A stretch of DNA of 64,000 bases, taken from NCBI GenBank assembly GCA_965207735.1, contig OZ242296.1, forward strand, positions 736,001 to 800,000, written 5' to 3'. The DNA comes from Candidatus Versatilivorator sp. GTDB taxonomy: Bacteria > Acidobacteriota > Terriglobia > Versatilivoradales > Versatilivoraceae. Positions 57,706-64,000 of this stretch are shown here, one piece after another (the stretch's first letter is position 1; the number at the start of each line of letters is the position of its first letter). The notes beneath the pieces were generated by a model. It saw nothing but the letters and a program-made list of their open reading frames with translations. It was not told the origin of the DNA and made no database searches. A program made the position numbers and the translations under genes.

Positions 57706-59183
57706 AATTCCACGGAGGTTGGATTCTAGGCCTCTTGCTGGCCTTTCTATTGGGTTTGGCGCTGCCGATGCTGATCGAGGGCAACCTGCCGGATTGGGGG
57801 CGGCTGGCCGGCTGGTTGGAGCGCGTGCGGCCTTCCGGCCCCTCATCGGATCTCGGGCGGCAGTTGGCGCAAATGCAGCTCTGGACCTGCGGAATGCATC
57901 CCCAGGTAATTCAGAAGGAGCCCGGCAGTTGTCCCATCTGTCACATGGATCTGGTTCCCGTAAGGGATGCCGAGGGTGAAGCGGAGCCATCCCGGGACGA
58001 ACGCAGGATTCTGCATTGGCGAGCGCCCATGGATCCGGGCTATATTTCGGACAAGCCAGGGCAATCGCCCATGGGAATGGACCTGATTCCCGTCTATGAG
58101 GAACCGGCCCAGAAGCAGTCCGGCGTTCGCGTAGATCCCAATTTCCTGCAAAATTTCTCCATTCGATCCGCCCGGGTTGAAAAAGGCCGGATCCCCCGGC
58201 TGATCAAAACGATCGCCACGCTTCACCACAACCCCAGGACCATGGTGTCGATCAACACCAAGTTCGAGGGTTGGATTGAAACCGCTCACGTCAATTACCT
58301 CGGCCAGCCGGTGCGCAAGGGCGACCTGTTGTTCGAGATTTTCAGCCCTCAACTGCTCACTACCCAGCAGGAGTTCCTGGCGGCGCTCCAATTTCTGAGA
58401 CGACTCCGGGAGCAGGCCCACCCAAAGGCCGTCCAACGGGCTCAGGCCCTGGTGGAGGCCGCCCGCCGGCGATTGCTGTTCTGGGATGTCACTGAGGATC
58501 AGATCGGACGCCTGAAAACCGAAGGCAAACCATTCAGGCGATTGAAAGTCGCCTCGCCGGTCTCCGGGGTAGTGGTCGATCAGGCCGGCGAAACACTCGA
58601 GGGCATGAAGGTCTCCCCGGGTATGAATCTCTACCGGGTAGCCGACCTCTCGACCGTCTGGGCACAGGTTGAAGTTTTTCAACATGAGATGCGGCACCTG
58701 CGAATCGGAAAAAAGGTGCGCGTCAGCCTGGACGCCTTTCCCGAACGGAGGTGGCGAGGCACCGTCGTGTCTCTCAATCCCGAGCTCGACCCCCGAACTC
58801 GAACTCTGGGGGTTCAGGTTGAAATTTCCAATAAGGGCGGGCGCTTGCGCCCGGAAATGGTCGCCGAGGTGGAGCTTGAAATTCCCGGCCCGGCGAATGC
58901 GCTCAAGGTGCCCGAGGAGGCGGTGCTCCATACCGGAGAAAGGAGTGTGGTCATCGTTCAGAAGGAACTTAATCTCTTTGAACCCAGAGAAGTCGAGCTG
59001 GGAGCCACGGGCGGTGGTTTTCAGGAAATCCGGACGGGGTTGAAAGACGGCGAGCGCGTGGTTACCTCTTCCCAATTCCTGATCGATTCGGAAAGCAACC
59101 TGAGAGAAGCCATCAACAAAATCGCGGCACGAGCCCGAGTCTCGGGAGAGGAATGGCAACCGGAGGATTCGGAGAACCATTAG
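57702..59183 (+). CDS. cusB: CusB-type RND periplasmic adaptor with heavy-metal-binding domains
   Basis: WTCGMHP..CPICHMDL, APMDP..SPMGMDL, SQFLIDSESNL. Confidence 0.88.
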   Translation: MKFHGGWILGLLLAFLLGLALPMLIEGNLPDWGRLAGWLERVRPSGPSSDLGRQLAQMQLWTCGMHPQVIQKEPGSCPICHMDLVPVRDAEGEAEPSRDERRILHWRAPMDPGYISDKPGQSPMGMDLIPVYEEPAQKQSGVRVDPNFLQNFSIRSARVEKGRIPRLIKTIATLHHNPRTMVSINTKFEGWIETAHVNYLGQPVRKGDLLFEIFSPQLLTTQQEFLAALQFLRRLREQAHPKAVQRAQALVEAARRRLLFWDVTEDQIGRLKTEGKPFRRLKVASPVSGVVVDQAGETLEGMKVSPGMNLYRVADLSTVWAQVEVFQHEMRHLRIGKKVRVSLDAFPERRWRGTVVSLNPELDPRTRTLGVQVEISNKGGRLRPEMVAEVELEIPGPANALKVPEEAVLHTGERSVVIVQKELNLFEPREVELGATGGGFQEIRTGLKDGERVVTSSQFLIDSESNLREAINKIAARARVSGEEWQPEDSENH

Positions 59184-59203
59184 GCGGTTCGAGGTAGGAG
59201 GGA

Positions 59204-62200
59204 GTGACCATGCTGACGTATATCATCGACTGGTCCATCCGCAACAAAATGCTGGTATTGCTGGGAGCGGCCTTCCTCTCGCTGGCCGGTGTCTACGCGG
59301 TTCAGCAGGTGCCTGTGGACGCCATTCCCGACCTCTCCGACGTTCAAGTCATCGTTTACACCGAATACCCGGGACAAGCACCTCAAATCGTGGAGGATCA
59401 GGTCACCTATCCCCTGACCACCCGAATGCTCTCGGTTCCCTTTACCAAGGTGGTTCGGGGTTACTCCTTCTTCGGCTACTCCTTCGTCTACGTCCTCTTC
59501 GAAGACGGCACCGACATCTATTGGGCGCGCAGCCGGGTCCTGGAATATCTCAACGCCGCCTCCAAGCAGCTTCCCGCCGGCGTCACGCCGACTCTGGGTC
59601 CCGACGCTACCGGAGTTGGGTGGGCATTCATGTACGTCCTGCAATCGGATCGCCATGATCTCAGTCAACTCCGCTCCATCCAGGACTGGTATCTGAAGTA
59701 CGAGCTTACAGCGGTCCAGGGGGTTTCGGAGGTTGCCAGCGTGGGCGGGTTCGTTCGGCAATATCAAATCACGGTCGATCCCAACAAGCTTCGAGCCTAC
59801 AACATTCCCATTTCCAAGATTCGCCGCGCCGTTCAACGCAGTAACAGCGACGTCGGTGGACGATTGCTGGAAGTCGCCGAACGGGAGTTCATGATACGAG
59901 GTCGGGGGTATATCCAATCCTTGGAAGATATCCGCAGCATCGTGCTGGGGGTAGGCGGCAATGGAGCCCCCATCCTGCTGGGGGACCTGGCCAGGGTGTC
60001 GATGGGACCTGAAATGCGCCGGGGGCTGGCCGACTGGAACGGCGAGGGCGAAACCGTGGGCGGCATCGTGGTGGTCCGATTCGGCGCGGACGCATACCAG
60101 GTGGTTCAGGATGTCAAAGCCAAGCTCGAACAGGTACGGCCGGGCCTTCCCGAAGGCGTCCGGATCGAGGTAGCTTACGACCGTTCGGCCTTGATCGAAA
60201 GATCCGTTTCCGGAGTGGCCCGGAGCCTCACCAGGCAGTTGATGATCGTAGGAATTGTGACACTGCTCTTTCTTGCCCACCTCCGCAGCGCTCTGGTGAT
60301 CGTTGCCACCCTGCCGGTGGGAATCCTGATGGCCTTCATTGTGCTCAACTTTCAGGGTCTGACGGTCAACATCATGTCCCTGGGTGGCATCGCCGTCGCC
60401 ATCGGAACCATGGTCGATTCGGGGATCGTGCTGGCCGACGCCGTTCACCGGCGGTTGCAGGAACGGGCCGGAAAGGATCCTCACTGGCGGATTGTCGGCG
60501 ATGCCTGCAAGGAAGTGGGGCCGTCTCTGTTTTTCTCGCTGTTGATCATCACCGTCTCCTTCCTGCCCGTCTTTACCCTGGAGGAGCAGGAAGGGCGTCT
60601 CTTCAAGCCCCTGGCCTTTACCAAGACCTATGCCATGGCCGCGGCGGCGCTTCTCACCGTGACCCTGGTCCCCGTCCTGGTCGGCTATTGCATCGGCGGC
60701 AGGCTCAGGCCCGAGAGAAAAAACCTCCTTCAGCGCTGGTCGACTGCGCTTTATCGCCCGCTGCTGGGCTTCGCCTTCCGTTTCAAGTGGCTGGTGTTGG
60801 TGTTGGCCCTGCTGCTAATGGCGATCAGCCTGCTGCCCTTCTCTCAGTTAGGCTCCGAATTCATGCCCGCCCTCTGGGAAGGCGATCTTCTTTACATGCC
60901 CACCACGCTACCCGGAATCTCCATCACCAAGGCGCGCGAGGTCTTGCAGCAGACCGACAGGATCCTCAAGAGCTTCCCCGAGGTCGATCGGGTTTTCGGC
61001 AAGGTGGGCCGAGCCGAGACCTCCACCGATCCGGCGCCTCTCTCCATGATCGAGACCACCATCATGCTCAAACCGGAGAGCCAATGGCGGGAAGGTATGA
61101 CCCCGGACAAACTCATTGAAGCCATGGATGCGGCCATTCAGGTGCCCGGGCTCACCAATGCCTGGACCATGCCGATCAAGACCCGCATCGATATGCTCTC
61201 CACGGGTATCAAGACGCCGGTGGGAATCAAGATTTCCGGTCCTGATCTGCGGGAACTGGAACGCCTGGGCAAGGAGGTGGAGCAGATCGTCCGTCAAGTG
61301 CCGGGAACATTGAGCGTCTATGCCGAGCGGGTGATGGGAGGCCACTACCTGGATTTCCGGATCGACCGCAATGCGCTGGCGGTCTACGGACTCCAGGTCG
61401 GCGATGTACAGGAGGTCATTCAATCCGCCATCGGCGGCATGAACATCACCACTACTGTGGAAGGCCTGGAACGATACCCGGTGAATCTGCGCTACAGCCG
61501 CGAACTACGGCACAACCTGCCGGCCCTGAACGCCATTCTGGTATCGGCGCCCAGCGGCCGGACGGTCCCCCTGGGCCAACTGGGCAAATTCCGCTATGTG
61601 AGCGGTCCCGCAGGAATCAAGAGCGAGAACGGCAAGCCCAACGCCTGGGTCTACGTGGACATCCGGAACGTAGACATCGGCGGCTACGTGGCCCAGGCCC
61701 GGCAGAGGGTCGATCGGGGGATCCAGGTCCCGCCGGGCTACACCATCGACTGGAGCGGCCAGTTCGAGTCCATGCAGCGGGCTCGCCGTCGACTGATGCT
61801 GGTCGTTCCGCTCACACTGGTCCTCATCTTTGTGATGATCTATGTCAACACCCGTTCCCTGGTGGAAACCGGAATGGTCCTGCTGGGGGCGCCCCTGGCC
61901 TTGACCGGAGCCATTTGGCTGCTATACCTGCTGGACTACAACCTGAGTGTGGCCGTCTGGGTAGGGATCATCGCGCTGGCCGGGCTCTATGCGGAAACGG
62001 CGCTGGTTCTGCTGCTCTACTTGAGAGTGGCCTACCGGCAATTTCAAAAAGATACCCGGCAGCGAGATCGCAACGGCTTGCTTCAAGCTATCGGCAACGG
62101 TTCCACCCAACGATTGCGGCCGATCCTGATGACCATTGCCACCGACGTGATTGGCCTGATGCCGATCATGTGGAGCCAGGAGACCGGAGCCGAGGTGATG

Positions 62201-62347
62201 AAGCGGATTGCGGCTCCCCTGGTTGGAGGGGTGATGACTTCGGGGCTGGTGGTGCTGGTGGTGCTCCCCCTGGTCTATTCCATGTGGAAAAGTCGGGGAC
62301 TGCCCAAGGGAGAGACGTTTACTGCGCTGCATGCCCCCAACGAGTAA
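59204..62347 (+). CDS. cusA: CusA-type heavy-metal RND transporter
   Basis: DAIPDLSDVQV, GPDATGVGW, LLYMPTTLPG, APLSMIET, WTMPIKTRIDM (Met residues typical of Cu/Ag exporters). Confidence 0.93.
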   Translation: MTMLTYIIDWSIRNKMLVLLGAAFLSLAGVYAVQQVPVDAIPDLSDVQVIVYTEYPGQAPQIVEDQVTYPLTTRMLSVPFTKVVRGYSFFGYSFVYVLFEDGTDIYWARSRVLEYLNAASKQLPAGVTPTLGPDATGVGWAFMYVLQSDRHDLSQLRSIQDWYLKYELTAVQGVSEVASVGGFVRQYQITVDPNKLRAYNIPISKIRRAVQRSNSDVGGRLLEVAEREFMIRGRGYIQSLEDIRSIVLGVGGNGAPILLGDLARVSMGPEMRRGLADWNGEGETVGGIVVVRFGADAYQVVQDVKAKLEQVRPGLPEGVRIEVAYDRSALIERSVSGVARSLTRQLMIVGIVTLLFLAHLRSALVIVATLPVGILMAFIVLNFQGLTVNIMSLGGIAVAIGTMVDSGIVLADAVHRRLQERAGKDPHWRIVGDACKEVGPSLFFSLLIITVSFLPVFTLEEQEGRLFKPLAFTKTYAMAAAALLTVTLVPVLVGYCIGGRLRPERKNLLQRWSTALYRPLLGFAFRFKWLVLVLALLLMAISLLPFSQLGSEFMPALWEGDLLYMPTTLPGISITKAREVLQQTDRILKSFPEVDRVFGKVGRAETSTDPAPLSMIETTIMLKPESQWREGMTPDKLIEAMDAAIQVPGLTNAWTMPIKTRIDMLSTGIKTPVGIKISGPDLRELERLGKEVEQIVRQVPGTLSVYAERVMGGHYLDFRIDRNALAVYGLQVGDVQEVIQSAIGGMNITTTVEGLERYPVNLRYSRELRHNLPALNAILVSAPSGRTVPLGQLGKFRYVSGPAGIKSENGKPNAWVYVDIRNVDIGGYVAQARQRVDRGIQVPPGYTIDWSGQFESMQRARRRLMLVVPLTLVLIFVMIYVNTRSLVETGMVLLGAPLALTGAIWLLYLLDYNLSVAVWVGIIALAGLYAETALVLLLYLRVAYRQFQKDTRQRDRNGLLQAIGNGSTQRLRPILMTIATDVIGLMPIMWSQETGAEVMKRIAAPLVGGVMTSGLVVLVVLPLVYSMWKSRGLPKGETFTALHAPNE

Positions 62348-62359
62348 TCCTGAGGCAGG

Positions 62360-62845
62360 CTAGTTCAGTGGCAGTGCGCTGAAGGGGAGCAGCCTGCCGC
62401 CATGCTGCTGCCTGAAGGTTTCGGCCGCCTGTTGGCTGGAGAATGCCAAGACGCTGGGCGAGCACCGGTCGAACCGCATCGAGGCCGGTTGTTTTTGCGA
62501 GTCCGTGAGTACGGGATGTTGCAGGCAGAGATTGACGTCGCTTCCCTCTACCACGTAGGCCTCTTCGGGCGCAATCCTGGACCCGGTCTCGAAGTCGGTG
62601 AGCTCGACCACCGTGACCGCCTCTCCCGCTTGACGGCCCAATGTCATGGCGCAGGTCGGGCAACAGAAGGCTTCTTGCCGCCCCTGGCTCAGGGCAACCA
62701 CCTGGCTGCCCGCATGCAGGTGGCGCTGGCAGACACGACAGCTATCCGACCCGGAATCCTGCCTCCATTGCCAGGCAGTGTAGGTCAACCCTCCAACCAC
62801 CACCAGCAAGACCAAAAGAACGATTTTCTCGGTCGCGTACTTCAT
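62360..62845 (-). CDS. Membrane-anchored NosL-like metal-binding protein
   Basis: TM anchor, CRVC, FCCPTC, TDFETG..AYVVEGS, LAFSS..AETF..HGG. Confidence 0.65.
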   Translation of the reverse strand: MKYATEKIVLLVLLVVVGGLTYTAWQWRQDSGSDSCRVCQRHLHAGSQVVALSQGRQEAFCCPTCAMTLGRQAGEAVTVVELTDFETGSRIAPEEAYVVEGSDVNLCLQHPVLTDSQKQPASMRFDRCSPSVLAFSSQQAAETFRQQHGGRLLPFSALPLN

Positions 62846-62905
62846 GGCAATGATTCAGGATGCCGGCAGGCGCCGTGCCGTTTCCTATGCATACTACTGG
62901 ACATT

Positions 62906-62994
62906 TGGTGCCCGGGACCGGAGTCGAACCGGTATGGAGGAGAACCTCCGAAGGATTTTAAGTCCTTTGCGTCTACCAATTCCGCCACCCAGGC
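62906..62994 (-). tRNA. tRNA-Leu (anticodon TAA)
   Basis: GCCTGGGTGGCGGAATTGGTAGACGC-AAAGGACTTAAAATCCTT-long variable arm-ACCGGTTCGACTCCGGT-CCCGGGCACCA. Confidence 0.97.
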
Positions 62995-63250
62995 CTACCC
63001 TCCTGCCCAAAGGGTTGGTGTGCCTTGGCCGATCAGGCAAAGTGATCGAGATATACCACCTTGCGGACGAACCTGTCAATCGAGCCCCAATCGGAACGTG
63101 GGGGATCGGGGTTGACCAAGTGATTGTCGATCCGTGATTAACGTTTCCTCGACAATCTGAAATCTACAATTCAAAATCCGCAATTGGAGTTGCACCCTCG
63201 CCGGTCTTGCCAAAAGGCCCTGCCTTGCCCAATAATTCGGAACAGCCGTT

Positions 63251-64000
63251 ATGCAATCAATCGGGGCGCACGCGATGGAACAAGCTCAGACTCGCTTTCC
63301 CAGGCACCCTCCCTGGCTGAAGGTCCGCTTTCCCGGCGGAGAGAACTACCATAACCTCAAGAAGCTGGTCCGTTCCCACTCTCTGCATACCGTTTGCGAG
63401 AGTGCGCGCTGTCCCAACATCGGGGAGTGTTGGGAAGCCGGTACCGCCACCTTCATGATTCTGGGAGATATCTGTACCCGAAGATGCGGTTTCTGCGCCG
63501 TCCAGACCGGCAGACCGCTGGGGTATGACCTGGCTGAGCCCCTGCGGGTGGCTCAGGCCGTTCGCACGCTCCACCTCAGGCACGCCGTCATCACTTCAGT
63601 AGATCGAGACGATCTGGAAGATGAAGGGTCTCAGGTGTTTGCCCGGACTATTCTCGACATACGCCGGACCAGCCCGACCACCAAGGTGGAGGTACTGATC
63701 CCCGACTTCAAACGAGACTCCGCCAACCTCGATCGGGTCATCGAGGCCAAGCCGGACGTGCTGGCTCACAATCTTGATACCGTGCCGCGGCTGTTTGCCA
63801 AGGTGAAGCCCCGCGGCTCCTACCGCCGTTCCCTCGACTTGTTGAGATACGTCAAGAAACAGGACCCGTCCATCAAGACCAAGGCCGGATTCATGTTGGG
63901 ACTCGGGGAGGAGCTCTATGAAATCGAGCAAGGCATGGAGGACATGCGCTCGGCCGGTGTGGACATCCTGACTATCGGGCAGTACCTGAGGCCTTCAAAG
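63251..64000 (+). CDS. lipA: Lipoyl synthase; runs past the window end
   Basis: HPPWLKV, TVCESARCPNIGECW, CTRRCGFC, TSVDRDD, LTIGQYLRPS. Missing from the ORF track because no stop lies in the window. Confidence 0.96.
   Translation, partial: MQSIGAHAMEQAQTRFPRHPPWLKVRFPGGENYHNLKKLVRSHSLHTVCESARCPNIGECWEAGTATFMILGDICTRRCGFCAVQTGRPLGYDLAEPLRVAQAVRTLHLRHAVITSVDRDDLEDEGSQVFARTILDIRRTSPTTKVEVLIPDFKRDSANLDRVIEAKPDVLAHNLDTVPRLFAKVKPRGSYRRSLDLLRYVKKQDPSIKTKAGFMLGLGEELYEIEQGMEDMRSAGVDILTIGQYLRPSK

Noticed and set aside
54698-62994. Genomic island carrying cusCBA integrated at tRNA-Leu
   Set aside because: No duplicated tRNA 3' end was found by eye and no integrase lies next to the tRNA.

Overview
GC-rich bacterial chromosomal window; gene content and repeat types suggest an Acidobacteriota-like genome (inference). 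Left end (1-~3960): a putative integrative element. It holds a 5'-truncated clostripain-like (C11) protease gene, two diverged ~190-nt structured non-coding repeats with compensatory base changes, and an intact P4/IntA-type tyrosine integrase with a leaderless promoter whose -10 lies inside a palindrome; no tRNA att site is visible. The rest is mainly core or metabolic: archease, a LamG protein, Tex with a large repeat insertion, AlaX, thrC, a nitrite/sulfite reductase, a sugar-acid operon (YagF/YjhG-Eda-KdgK), lnt, SPOR, SPFH-NfeD, CtpA, a 7TM-HD protein, two PQQ-like propellers, an apparently inactive D-aminoacylase lipoprotein, YtxJ, an ACT-DUF5612 protein, transporters, a proline racemase-family enzyme, ribF, a cusCBA-type efflux operon with a Cys-rich upstream ORF and a NosL-like gene, tRNA-Leu(TAA) and a 3'-truncated lipA. 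Intergenic regions carry several nested REP/MITE-like repeat families. All calls come from motif recognition by eye; no searches were run.
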